DNA of 64,000 nucleotides, from the NCBI GenBank assembly GCA_963422685.1, contig OY730442.1, forward strand, positions 1,327,085 to 1,391,084, written 5' to 3'. The DNA is from Arenicellales bacterium (lineage in GTDB: Bacteria > Pseudomonadota > Gammaproteobacteria > Arenicellales > Poriferihabitantaceae). Shown here one piece after another: positions 9,412-18,486 of this stretch. Position numbers and translations under genes: made by a program. The notes beneath the pieces are model-generated. The model searched no databases. It was not told the origin of the DNA and worked only from the letters and a program-made list of their open reading frames with translations. Position 1 is the first letter of the stretch. The number at the start of each line of letters is the position of its first letter.

Positions 9412-10401
9412 TTACTCGGACAGGGTTTTTACGGCACCACCCCGATCGCTGCCGAAATACACACCAAATCGCTGGCGCGCTGATTCGGATATGTACCTTT
9501 TTATCATTGTTCTGATCGCGCTGGAATCAAGGCGCTCAAATGGAATATGATCGAAAGCCCAGAACCCGTTTTCTACTTTGTCCGAGTCTGCTTTTGCCCG
9601 GTAGTAAATGGATTGCTGACCCGTTTCCTCATGCTCAAATACGGCGAACAAGGAACTGATTGTTATGCCAATGCCCAGTTCATTCAGGTAGATTTGCAGT
9701 TTATTCAGCGAACCTGCAGAACCATCCAATCCACTTGCCGGCACAACCAACTGATCGCCCTTGGCGTGGTCCATCAGTAATAATTTACCGTCATGTTCAA
9801 CGATTGCACCGACGATAACATCCGCATCACTCTCAACCGCCGCAACTGCGGATTTTTCCAGTTCCAGATCCAGATAGCCGCCTCGCACGTATCCCAATCC
9901 GTTGCGCTGGTTATAATCATAGGACTGAATTCGCCCCAGTATCACCGCATGATCTCCAGCATCAATTACCTGCTCCCGTCGGCAGTCAAACCAGGCGCAT
10001 ACGCCATTTAGGATCGGATATCCGGACTCGCTTTCCGTCCAGTCAGCGATGTTAAATTTATCGGGGCTCTTTGATGCAAACAGCCCTGAAATACCAACCT
10101 GGCTTTGCGCCAGAATATTCACTGCAAATCCTTCTGAGCGGGTAAAAACATCAATGCTTTCGGCCGCTTTGTCCACACAAATCAACAACATTGGCGGGCT
10201 CAGAGAAACCGATGTGAAGGAATTTACTGTGAATCCCCGCGGAATGCCATTCTTTTCCCGCGAGGTAACTACCGTAACGCCTGTCAGAAACGTGCCAAAC
10301 GCATTGCGTAATTGTCTAAGGTCAGAATTGCTCAATTCACAAATTATATTAAAGAAGAATGCACTTCGGGCATCTGCCAAAACACCATGTCCTGGCGCCA
10401 T
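9412..10401 (-). CDS. flavin reductase-like domain fused to a C-terminal Nudix-like domain with a degenerate Nudix box
   Basis: N-terminal half: FGTFLTGVTVVTS...GFTVNSFTSVSLSPPMLLICV...FAVNIL (flavin reductase/FMN-binding split barrel). C-terminal half: VIVGAIVEHDGKLLLM...ASGLDGSAGSLNKLQIYLNELGIGI, Nudix-like but lacking the RE..EE residues. ATG 10401 is preferred over TTG 10449. Confidence 0.6.
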   Translation of the reverse strand: MAPGHGVLADARSAFFFNIICELSNSDLRQLRNAFGTFLTGVTVVTSREKNGIPRGFTVNSFTSVSLSPPMLLICVDKAAESIDVFTRSEGFAVNILAQSQVGISGLFASKSPDKFNIADWTESESGYPILNGVCAWFDCRREQVIDAGDHAVILGRIQSYDYNQRNGLGYVRGGYLDLELEKSAVAAVESDADVIVGAIVEHDGKLLLMDHAKGDQLVVPASGLDGSAGSLNKLQIYLNELGIGITISSLFAVFEHEETGQQSIYYRAKADSDKVENGFWAFDHIPFERLDSSAIRTMIKRYISESARQRFGVYFGSDRGGAVKTLSE

Positions 10402-10510
10402 CCCTGAAGCAAAATAAAACCCGGCTGGAAACAGCGGATAATTCCGCAAATAGTATCGGTTAAATTCATTTTCCCGTCAAAAATCTGCATTCCAATCAGA
10501 TTTACAACGT

Positions 10511-10533
10511 GAAACGGGCAGCAAAGCTACCCG
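10511..10533 (-). terminator. stem-loop downstream of rpsI (CGGGUAGC-UUU-GCUGCCCG followed by UUUCAC)
   Basis: 8-bp stem (one G-U pair) on the minus-strand transcript, 45 nt after the rpsI stop. The U-tract is short. Confidence 0.45.
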
Positions 10534-10577
10534 TTCCAAAATTTCCGGTTTTATTCGATTGGTTTTATTCGATATAA

Positions 10578-10976
10578 CTAGCGTTTTGAGTATTGAGGGC
10601 GTTTCCGGGCTTTGTGCAAACCCACTTTTTTACGCTCCACTTCTCTGGCGTCCCGGGTCACAAACCCGGCTTTTCGCAGGGAACCACGCAGCTCTTCATC
10701 ATAATTCAGCAATGCGCGGGTGATACCATGCCTGATCGCCCCGGCCTGTCCGCTGTTGCCGCCGCCTCCGACATTTACTTTCACATCTACCTTGTCCAGC
10801 ATCTCCACAAGCTCCAGCGGCTGACGCACGATCATACGGGCAGTTTCGCGGCCGAAATATTGTTCGATGGGCTTTTTGTTGATAACGATGTTTCCTGTTC
10901 CGCGCTGCATGTAGACCCGCGCCACAGAAGATTTGCGGCGTCCTGTTCCCTGGTATGTTTGCTGAGCTTGTGCCAT
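10578..10976 (-). CDS. rpsI: 30S ribosomal protein S9
   Basis: [12 protein letters not shown]...[19 protein letters not shown]...[11 protein letters not shown], full length. Confidence 0.97.
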   Translation of the reverse strand: MAQAQQTYQGTGRRKSSVARVYMQRGTGNIVINKKPIEQYFGRETARMIVRQPLELVEMLDKVDVKVNVGGGGNSGQAGAIRHGITRALLNYDEELRGSLRKAGFVTRDAREVERKKVGLHKARKRPQYSKR

Positions 10977-11007
10977 GACCGATAATTTGTATCAGGATGA
11001 ATTTTAA

Positions 11008-11436
11008 CTAGATCTCCAGAACCCTGGGCTGCTGGGCCTGGTGACCATGCTGTTCACCCGTATAGACTTTCAGCTTGGCAAACATCGCCCTGCCCAGATT
11101 GTTTCGCGGCAGCATCCCTTTAACCGCAGTCTCGATGACTCTGGCCGGATGTTTCTGGATCATCTCTTTAAAAGAGGTTTGTTTGATGCCGCCGGGATAG
11201 CCGGTGTGGCGATAATACTTTTTGTCGTCAGCTTTGTTGCCGGTCAACACCACTTTCTCGGCATTAACCACCACAATGTAATCACCCGTATCTACATGCG
11301 GCGTAAATTCCGGTTTGTGTTTACCCCGCAGGCGATGCGCAATTTCAGCCGCTAACCGGCCAAGAACCTTATTATCCGCATCAACCAGGAACCAATCGCG
11401 CTTCACTTTATCAGGATTGGCAGAAAACGTTTTCAT
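11008..11436 (-). CDS. rplM: 50S ribosomal protein L13
   Basis: [61 protein letters not shown]..., full length and upstream of rpsI. Confidence 0.97.
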   Translation of the reverse strand: MKTFSANPDKVKRDWFLVDADNKVLGRLAAEIAHRLRGKHKPEFTPHVDTGDYIVVVNAEKVVLTGNKADDKKYYRHTGYPGGIKQTSFKEMIQKHPARVIETAVKGMLPRNNLGRAMFAKLKVYTGEQHGHQAQQPRVLEI

Positions 11437-11523
11437 TTATAAGAAATACAGGTCAAGAATCCCAGGGAGCGCGGATGATACTGGAGAGAACCGCTTGATA
11501 CAAGTATTTACACAGATTCAGCG

Positions 11524-11554
11524 CCTGTGAGACAAATCAGGCGGCCTACGTGAA
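11524..11554. repeat. 31-nt hairpin-containing motif, copy 1 (CCTGTGAGACAAATCAGGCGGCCTACGTGAA)
   Basis: 26/31 identical to 40901-40931. Contains the stem CGCCTG...CAGGCG around a 10-nt loop. Confidence 0.5.
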
Positions 11555-11559
11555 AATTA

Positions 11560-11605
11560 TGGTGGCCCGGTAGGACCTGAACCTGCGTCCATGACTAATG
11601 CACCA
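11560..11605 (-). other. tRNA 3'-half-like fragment (degenerate copy of the 3' part of the tRNA at 36398-36474)
   Basis: TGGTGG-CCCGGTAGGACCTGAACCTGCG aligns with TGGTGGGCCCGGTAGGACTTGAACCTACG (CCA end, acceptor 3' strand, T-arm). Weaker similarity continues for about 15 more nt. No 5' acceptor strand or D-arm is present. Confidence 0.55.
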
Positions 11606-11794
11606 GAGTTATATGCTGGTTGAGCGGTGTACTTTTTTGTACTCAATTTACTGTTTTTGAGGCTGGCCCTGCTTACAAAACCTGGTTGGCTAAATGCACC
11701 TTGATGCTGCTGTTAAAAATTTAACCGTTTTTGGAAGATAAACACAAGCAACTTTTATCCTGTGTGATAACTCAAACTCCCATGGCGGGTGATT

Positions 11795-12950
11795 TTAAAT
11801 CTGTATTCGGGTCCGTAACAGTTTCTGAATTCGGATGAACCCTTCTCTAACATGTCGCCCGAGAGCATGGAACCTCGTATCGTTCACAGCATCAATGGCA
11901 ATCAATTCGTCATCCGCGCAATACCAAATCGACTGACTCCCTTCTTTGTTTCCTGGGCGCACCACAAAGTGATCCCTGACTCAAACCTGCAATTTGCGTC
12001 ATGCAATCGTACTGCTCGGACCAAAATCATGGTACGGCATCGTCAAAGTGATCACCCAATATAAGTCTGGCAGCCAAGCGACTCTGGTCTGAAGCATTTT
12101 GGAGTGATTCCAGCCGGATTCGGACTCCATTGCGAAGAAAACCGGTACAGTTTCCTGCAGCATAAATTCGGACGCTGATGTCAGACATGCGTGATCAATA
12201 CAAGTTCCGTTATCACAAATTATAGATGACGCCTCGGCAATTTCGATATTTGGTTGGCTGCCATTGCCAGCCAAAACAAGGTCTGCATCAATCATTTCGC
12301 CAGAATCAAGCTCGGCACTATACCCGACCACTGGATTCATTCAATTGCACCACTGCGCCGGACTCGCGAATATCTACATTGTGACGACAATGCAGTGCCT
12401 TAAAGTAACCCGATGTTATGTTACCGGCGACTCTCTTTAAGATTCGCCTTTCCATTTCGAGCAGAATAACTCCCAGTACTGTATAGCCACCACCTATTAT
12501 CAGAAGTTTAGCCTCCTTCTTAAACGCGGGTTTAATGTATTGAATGTCGACGATATTCCTTATACCGAAGACGCCTTTTAAATCCCCTCCAATGCTTCGT
12601 GGCAGTTTTTTCGCTCTGGCGCCTGTGCGCAACACTAATTTTTCATATTCAATAACATCCTTATGTATTGGTAACAATCTGATGTTCCGAAGTCCGTATG
12701 TCACTAGCACAAGTGCCAAGTCGAGTTTCAATGCTGTTTACCCCAAACCATTCAGGTTATTGGATAGATAGTCGAGCTGTTTCTATGTCCCCTGTCAGAT
12801 AGCCTTTTGACAGAGGAGAACGTTGATAGGGAATGTATGCTCCTCCCCGATTAGCAACAGTGGGTGTCGATTTCCTGATCAACATATTGCGACACAAAAG
12901 ATGCAGCCGCTTGAGCACCAACAATAACAATGGGCAAATTTACGCGGTTA
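11795..12950 (-). pseudogene. ferredoxin-NAD(P)+ reductase (putidaredoxin-reductase type), multiple frameshifts and stops
   Basis: Pieces lie in different frames: PIVIVGAQAAASF...; YIPYQRSPLSKGYLTG; YEKLVLRTGARAKKLP...LLIIGGGYTVLG; DADLVLAGNGSQPNIEIAEAS; LIAIDAVNDTRFHALGRHV. They are collinear with the family but interrupted at least 4 times. Confidence 0.75.
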
Positions 12951-12954
12951 ACTA

Positions 12955-13275
12955 CTAATCTGGAAAGGGTATGTGAAGTACCAATCCGTCCAATTCTGGT
13001 TTAACTTTGATTTGACAGCTCAATCTACTGTTTCCGCTACGTTCCACGTCGGTCATATCCAGCATGGCATCCTCCACTTCATCTGCCTCCCCTGTTTTCG
13101 ACATTCATTCGGCGTCAACAAAAACATGGCATGTCGCACAAAACAGGCAACCCCTGCACTCCCCAATAACACTGGGAACGTTGTTTGCAATAGCTGCCTC
13201 CATCAGGTTTCGCCCATCGTTCACATCAACGGTTATATCTGCTGAGCCTTTGACTTTCCAGGTAATAATGGTCAT
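12955..13275 (-). pseudogene. [2Fe-2S] ferredoxin (putidaredoxin/adrenodoxin type) with an in-frame TGA at the conserved aromatic/Trp position
   Basis: MTIITWKVKGSADITVDVNDGRNLMEAAIANNVPSVIGECRGCLFCATCHVFVDAE*MSKTGEADEVEDAMLDMTDVERSGNSRLSCQIKVKPELDGLVLHIPFQI*. The stop codon (TGA) sits where family members have W/F, consistent with TGG to TGA. Confidence 0.75.
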
Positions 13276-13281
13276 TGTGTT

Positions 13282-14568
13282 TTAGATATAGTGCATATAA
13301 AAATTCCGGAGTTTCTCGGAATCAAATTCTGCCGTCTTTTGAATTTCATCTTGTTTAATTACAACCAGGTTACCCGCCAAATCCTCTCCCACCGCAGTGA
13401 CTAACTCGATGTCATGTTGCAGTGCTTCAAGTGCCGCACCTAAATCGTCTGGAACCCCGTCGCCCGCATCGTGACTTTCCAGGCAATCTGCCGTTTCGGC
13501 GGGTGCCAGATCATAGTTATTAGAATAACCCAAGAGTGCTGCCTGAAGTACGCTGGACACCATGGTGTAAGGATTGCAGGCCCCGTCTGCCATACGATGC
13601 TCAATACGTGCGTGTGAACCGGTTTCACTCGTTATTCGTGTCGTAACACCCCGATGGTCCAGACCCCAGTTTCGCCAGTATCCGGAAAGACTTGCTGGTT
13701 GCAAACGTGCATAGGAATTCACGGTCGGTGCCAATAAACCTGCCAAACCTCTATGATGATACATAAGCCCAGCCACACATCTTCGACCAACATCTGACAG
13801 CCCGTATTCAGAACCCTCATCGCCTATACCATTTTGATTCTTCTCATCCCATAAACTAAAATTGACATGCACACCAGACCCACTTAACTCTTGAATTGGC
13901 TTCGGCATAAATGTAAGTAATACACCGTGCTCCATGGCCACTTCGCGTGCCATCAGTCGAAACAAAAATATGTCGTCCGTTGCTTTTACCGCCTCATCGA
14001 AACGCAATGTAAATTCAAACTGAGGGGAATCAAACTCCGAAGTTACCATTTCCAATGCGAAGCCAGTTTGTTCTGCTCGTTCCCATATTGCGTCGACAAA
14101 ACCAACGGGGTCAGTGAGCGGTCCCGTGCTATAAACAAATGCGCCCGGGGTATCGTATGGTCGCCATACCCCATCTTTGTCTTGTATGTAGGCGTAAGCT
14201 TCGAGTTCTATCCCTACTTTAGGTGTGAAGCCAATCTTTTCCCACTTTAATACCGTTCTTTTAAGCAGGCTCCGACCACAAACTGGGAGTGAAGCACCGG
14301 CACTATCAAATAAATCTGCCACTACAACCTGATCGTTCTGGTGCCACCCCTTTTTAACATCTGCTCCGTTAAATCGTGCGATCATGTCCGGCAAACCCTC
14401 CAACAATGATGAGCAGGGTGCTGGAAGTAAATCCTTGTCGTAGGTCAGGGCAAATACTCCCTGGCAAAAACGAGTCTCACCACCGCCTTCGTGCAAATCA
14501 GGGAGATACTTCCCCCTGGCGAGGTTAAGGTGGTCACAAAACAGAACTCTTAATCTTTGTTTGGTCAT
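13282..14568 (-). CDS. glutamine synthetase-like gamma-glutamyl ligase (GS catalytic domain family)
   Basis: 428 aa with FMPKPIQELSGSGVHVNFSLWD, VNSYARLQP, and ARIEHRMADGACNPY. Confidence 0.8.
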   Translation of the reverse strand: MTKQRLRVLFCDHLNLARGKYLPDLHEGGGETRFCQGVFALTYDKDLLPAPCSSLLEGLPDMIARFNGADVKKGWHQNDQVVVADLFDSAGASLPVCGRSLLKRTVLKWEKIGFTPKVGIELEAYAYIQDKDGVWRPYDTPGAFVYSTGPLTDPVGFVDAIWERAEQTGFALEMVTSEFDSPQFEFTLRFDEAVKATDDIFLFRLMAREVAMEHGVLLTFMPKPIQELSGSGVHVNFSLWDEKNQNGIGDEGSEYGLSDVGRRCVAGLMYHHRGLAGLLAPTVNSYARLQPASLSGYWRNWGLDHRGVTTRITSETGSHARIEHRMADGACNPYTMVSSVLQAALLGYSNNYDLAPAETADCLESHDAGDGVPDDLGAALEALQHDIELVTAVGEDLAGNLVVIKQDEIQKTAEFDSEKLRNFYMHYI

Positions 14569-14612
14569 GGCTTTCTCGATGTAGTGGCGGTATCCACAGT
14601 AATATTATCGGA

Positions 14613-15875
14613 TTATTTTAGCTTTACGCTCACGGGTAGTTTTTTGATTCCACCGACAAAATTTGATCGCAAATATTGATGATCGCCTGTTTGCTTTATG
14701 GTATCTATACGGCTAACAAGTTCTTGTAGAAGGACTCTAATTTCCAGTCGCGCTAACCACATGCCGAGACATACATGTGGGCCACCCTGGCCAAATGCCA
14801 GATGTCGGTTAGGAGAACGAAGCAGGTTTAGCTCGAAAGGCTGATCAAACTGTGTGCTGTCACGATTACCTGATACAAACCAAAAAACCACCTTATCGCC
14901 TTCACGAACTTTTTTTCCGTGCAATTCGAAATCTCTTGTCGCAGTTCGGCGGAAATACATTGTTGGTGAGGCCCAGCGAATAAACTCCTCGGTTGCGATT
15001 TTCCACACTTCACCATCGTCCGATTGCAGTTGGCGCAACAAGTCTGACTTATTGGCAAGAGCATGTATTGAAGCAGACAGTGTATAGCGGGTGGTGTCAT
15101 TTCCAGCCGCCACTAACAGACAAAAGAAGTTCCGAAAATCAGAATCGCTTATTACCTTTCCCTCTGAATTGGGCTGGAGAATCAAGTGCAACACCCCATC
15201 TCTCTCTCCCTTCGCGGACTTTTCTTCCATCAATTTCTTCGCATACGTGTAGAGGTCCGCACCGGCTGGTGAGCGAAACGGCATCAATCGAAAATCATCC
15301 GTATCGCCTTTGTCCAGCAGAAATTCAGTGTATTGCGGATCAGTATTTGCGATTAGCTCGTCCCCTTTCGAGACCAGCCACTCAAGGTCGCTATCTGGAA
15401 CGCCGAGAATCTGACCCAACATTCGCATCGGTAATTGACGACTGATCATCCTGGAGGCATCGAATTCTTCCGCACTTAACGCCTGGTCGAGGATTTCATC
15501 GCACAAGCATCGTATAGTGTCCGCGAATTTAGCTATGACTGGCCTGGAGAATGCTTTCGCAACCCGCATACGTGTTTGAGTATGCTCGGGGGGATCCGTC
15601 TCCTGAAAAGTTCGCCGTGCCAGATATTCCTCATGGCTCTGGTCTTCAATGCGAATACCTCGCGCAGAGCTCAAAAGTTCCGTATTTCGATTAAATTCGA
15701 TAATGTCGTCGTAACGTGTCATGGACCAGAAGTTTTCGTATTGACCACCATCACACCAAGCCAATGGATCCTCTCTGCGCATTCTGGAAAAAGTATTATG
15801 AGGAACTCCATTTACGAACGAATCATGATCCGCCAAATCAGAAAATCCATCATCAGTAGGATTCCAAATAGTCAT
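14613..15875 (-). CDS. cytochrome P450
   Basis: 420 aa. I-helix LLVAAGNDTT, EEFIRW, and heme loop FGQGGPHVCLGMWLA. Confidence 0.9.
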   Translation of the reverse strand: MTIWNPTDDGFSDLADHDSFVNGVPHNTFSRMRREDPLAWCDGGQYENFWSMTRYDDIIEFNRNTELLSSARGIRIEDQSHEEYLARRTFQETDPPEHTQTRMRVAKAFSRPVIAKFADTIRCLCDEILDQALSAEEFDASRMISRQLPMRMLGQILGVPDSDLEWLVSKGDELIANTDPQYTEFLLDKGDTDDFRLMPFRSPAGADLYTYAKKLMEEKSAKGERDGVLHLILQPNSEGKVISDSDFRNFFCLLVAAGNDTTRYTLSASIHALANKSDLLRQLQSDDGEVWKIATEEFIRWASPTMYFRRTATRDFELHGKKVREGDKVVFWFVSGNRDSTQFDQPFELNLLRSPNRHLAFGQGGPHVCLGMWLARLEIRVLLQELVSRIDTIKQTGDHQYLRSNFVGGIKKLPVSVKLK

Positions 15876-16069
15876 ACGCCTTCATGGCTCAGTTGCTGAG
15901 TCGATTGCAATAGATGTTTATTAATATCCGGGGCAAACAAACAGGCATTAATCGGATGTTGCGCCATCATCCGGCATTTGAGACGCACAAAGGCTGGTTC
16001 AGCGAGACAGGCCCAATCATCCGGCTTTTTTATCTGCCCTTAGGGCCTTTTGCCCAGACTCCCTTGATA

Positions 16070-16597
16070 TCACGACAGATTGTCCTGGGAGTGCAGGATT
16101 ATGCGTAGCATACGGCCAAGCTCTGCCAATTCATTTTTATTAAGCCCGCGAACAAAGCCCCGCTCTAAACTATTGATCAAAGGAAACAATTTGCTCATCA
16201 AGTCGGTCCCTTTTCGGCTCAAAATTACAATTTTGCGCCGACCATCGGTGGCATGAGATTTTCGCATAGCAAACTGATGTTTTTCCAGGGTATTCACAAT
16301 TCCTGTTAGCGTACCTTTGGCAATCCCACATTCCTTTGCTAATTGATACGATTCCATTCTGCCGAACACCCATAACACCCACAGTACAGTGAACCCGGAA
16401 AAAGTCAGATTATGTTTCTGAAGAAAACGTTTCTCAGCCAGGTTGTGAAAGAGCACTGCGACCCTAAAGATATTAGATATCGCTGCCATTGCATCTACAT
16501 CCAGGTCAAAATCCTTTACATGGGTTGTGGCAATTCGTTCCTGGATGGTTTTCGAGTCATCCCGGTCTTTACTCGACACGCACCTAACCCACTTCAA
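16070..16597 (-). CDS. MarR-family transcriptional regulator
   Basis: 175 aa. wHTH region SYQLAKECGIAKGTLTGIVNTLEKHQFAMRKSHATDGRRKIVILSRKG. Confidence 0.8.
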   Translation of the reverse strand: MKWVRCVSSKDRDDSKTIQERIATTHVKDFDLDVDAMAAISNIFRVAVLFHNLAEKRFLQKHNLTFSGFTVLWVLWVFGRMESYQLAKECGIAKGTLTGIVNTLEKHQFAMRKSHATDGRRKIVILSRKGTDLMSKLFPLINSLERGFVRGLNKNELAELGRMLRIILHSQDNLS

Positions 16598-17393
16598 CCA
16601 AATTACGGCGTCTCAGCGTAGTACCGCTGCGCCAGGAAAACCCTACTTCTTGCCAATACCCCGCTATGTTTTCAATCGGCTCAAGCTCGGCAAGTTCTTC
16701 AACCGGGGAGTCAAATAGCTGTAGTTCAAAATCACCCCTAAAGCAACGTCCCACCTCTCCCTGGTAGGCACTCATCGTCACTAATTCGTCAAGGCTATCG
16801 CTCCCCTCGCCTTCAATAGCGGGCATCCATCGATTGTGGATCATAGGGTGGCTATTTACGAAACCAGCGTGATCACTGTCGCCCAAGATCTCAAATGTAC
16901 CGTGAATCAACTTGTGATCATAGGCCGCCACACTGGCTCCAAATCGTCCCCCTGCTGCAAGCCGGGGACCGGCCTGACCAACTGTGATTGGGCGACTGAC
17001 AAATATAGATGCTAATTTCTTTGGATAACCCTGATAGTGCCCCCGAACCATGGCATAGTCGGAATCCACCCAGATGTAAACACAGCGAGAATAGGTTTGG
17101 CCCCGATACTTGCACCGAACTACTACGAATACTTCCTTGTATTGACTTCGTGCCGGATCGAGAATTTCGCTATAGTCGTCCCGGCAGTTTTGCCAATCTG
17201 CCCATATTATGGCCACTGCACCAGGGTCATCATCTGCCGGCTCGAAGTAATCGGGCAGTAAATCTACAACCCGATCTACATGGGTTCGATATTCCATGGT
17301 CAGCATTGTGCCTGAGTAATGCCATGGGGTATCCGGTACCAGCGATGATTTACCTGTCGCTGAACGTGGAAACATGAAGCCTCTAAGTGACAT
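16584..17393 (-). CDS. acetoacetate decarboxylase (ADC)-family protein
   Basis: 269 aa. N-terminus FPRSATGKSSLVPDTPWHYSGTMLTMEYRT and overall length are typical of the ADC-like family. Overlaps the MarR start by 14 nt. Confidence 0.6.
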   Translation of the reverse strand: MSLRGFMFPRSATGKSSLVPDTPWHYSGTMLTMEYRTHVDRVVDLLPDYFEPADDDPGAVAIIWADWQNCRDDYSEILDPARSQYKEVFVVVRCKYRGQTYSRCVYIWVDSDYAMVRGHYQGYPKKLASIFVSRPITVGQAGPRLAAGGRFGASVAAYDHKLIHGTFEILGDSDHAGFVNSHPMIHNRWMPAIEGEGSDSLDELVTMSAYQGEVGRCFRGDFELQLFDSPVEELAELEPIENIAGYWQEVGFSWRSGTTLRRRNLVEVG

Positions 17394-17550
17394 TAATGAT
17401 TTCTCCTGAATAAAACTAACGGTCTGCTGAGTTGGTTATCACTATCAATTCCCAGTTTTCAGCGGATTGAAAGTAAGGTAGTATAATATTGTTAGCTCCC
17501 TAACGAAATCAAGTGCCAATATAATTGCTTTATAACTCCCAGAATAATTT

Positions 17551-18432
17551 ATGAGTGAATATCGACGAATACTACTGGACGGCTACCCTACAGTGGTTCA
17601 GCGTGACGAAAACGAGCTGGTAGCAAATGACGGTCGGCGTATCTCTATGCAAAAAGCAATTCATCTTGCACCCGTAGAGCCACGAAAAATTATCTGTGTT
17701 CATCTTAACTACAAAAGTCGTGTGGATGAATACATGACCAAACTGCCGGCACATCCCACCTATTTTCATAAACCAGTAACGGCGCTAAGTGGTCATGGTG
17801 GGAATGTAGTGCGACCCAAACGATGCGAATGGCTCAACTACGAGGGAGAAATCGCCATTGTTATGGGGCGTTATTGTCGAAATATCAGTCCAGATGAAGC
17901 CAGTGGGTATATTGCTGGTTACACTGTAGCCAATGATTATGGACTACACGATTTTCGGGATACCGATGCCGGGTCGATGCTTAGGGTGAAAGGATCTGAT
18001 ACCTTGTGTCCTGTTGGTCCCGCATTGGTTACTGACTGGGATTTTCGAAACAAATGGATCCGAACATCGGTCAATGGCCAGATCAAGCAAGATGGAAATA
18101 CCAATGAGATGGAATGGGACATGCACTACCTTGTTGCCGATATTGCAAGAAATATTACCTTGGAGCCTGGAGATATTCTGTTATCAGGCACTCCCGCCAA
18201 CAGCCGCCCTGTTCAGCCCGGAGATATAGTAACGGTCGAGGTGGAAGGCCTGGGAGCTCTGACCAATACAATTGTTGAAGGACCCACCCCTATTCGTGCA
18301 GATGTCGGCCATCAACCCATGACGACAGAAGAAGTAATATCAACAGCCATGGGGGGTGAATGGGAATTTCGCGGTATTCGCGCCCCACAAGGACCAGGTT
18401 CGGCTCATTACAAAAGCAGGTTGGATGATTAA
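17551..18432 (+). CDS. fumarylacetoacetate hydrolase (FAH)-family hydratase/decarboxylase/isomerase
   Basis: KIICVHLNYKS, LNYEGEIAIVMGR, GDILLSGTPAN. Has a C-terminal extension of about 50 aa. Confidence 0.8.
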   Translation: MSEYRRILLDGYPTVVQRDENELVANDGRRISMQKAIHLAPVEPRKIICVHLNYKSRVDEYMTKLPAHPTYFHKPVTALSGHGGNVVRPKRCEWLNYEGEIAIVMGRYCRNISPDEASGYIAGYTVANDYGLHDFRDTDAGSMLRVKGSDTLCPVGPALVTDWDFRNKWIRTSVNGQIKQDGNTNEMEWDMHYLVADIARNITLEPGDILLSGTPANSRPVQPGDIVTVEVEGLGALTNTIVEGPTPIRADVGHQPMTTEEVISTAMGGEWEFRGIRAPQGPGSAHYKSRLDD

Positions 18433-18486
18433 TGAATAAGACCGGCCATTAAACCCGGAGTGTATAATTAACCGCTTTCCTTTATG

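Noticed and set aside
11560-11632. A complete tRNA gene upstream of rplM
   Set aside because: Only the CCA/acceptor-3'/T-arm part aligns. No complementary 5' acceptor strand, D-arm or clean anticodon stem can be drawn, and the T-stem has a mismatch.
12955-13275. In-frame TGA in the ferredoxin read as Trp (alternative genetic code) or as selenocysteine
   Set aside because: Other genes in the window terminate at TGA at the expected length (for example the DUF3108-like gene at 1540-1542). The position is a Trp/Phe site, not a Cys/Sec site, and the neighbouring reductase is heavily decayed. A TGG-to-TGA nonsense mutation is the simpler reading.
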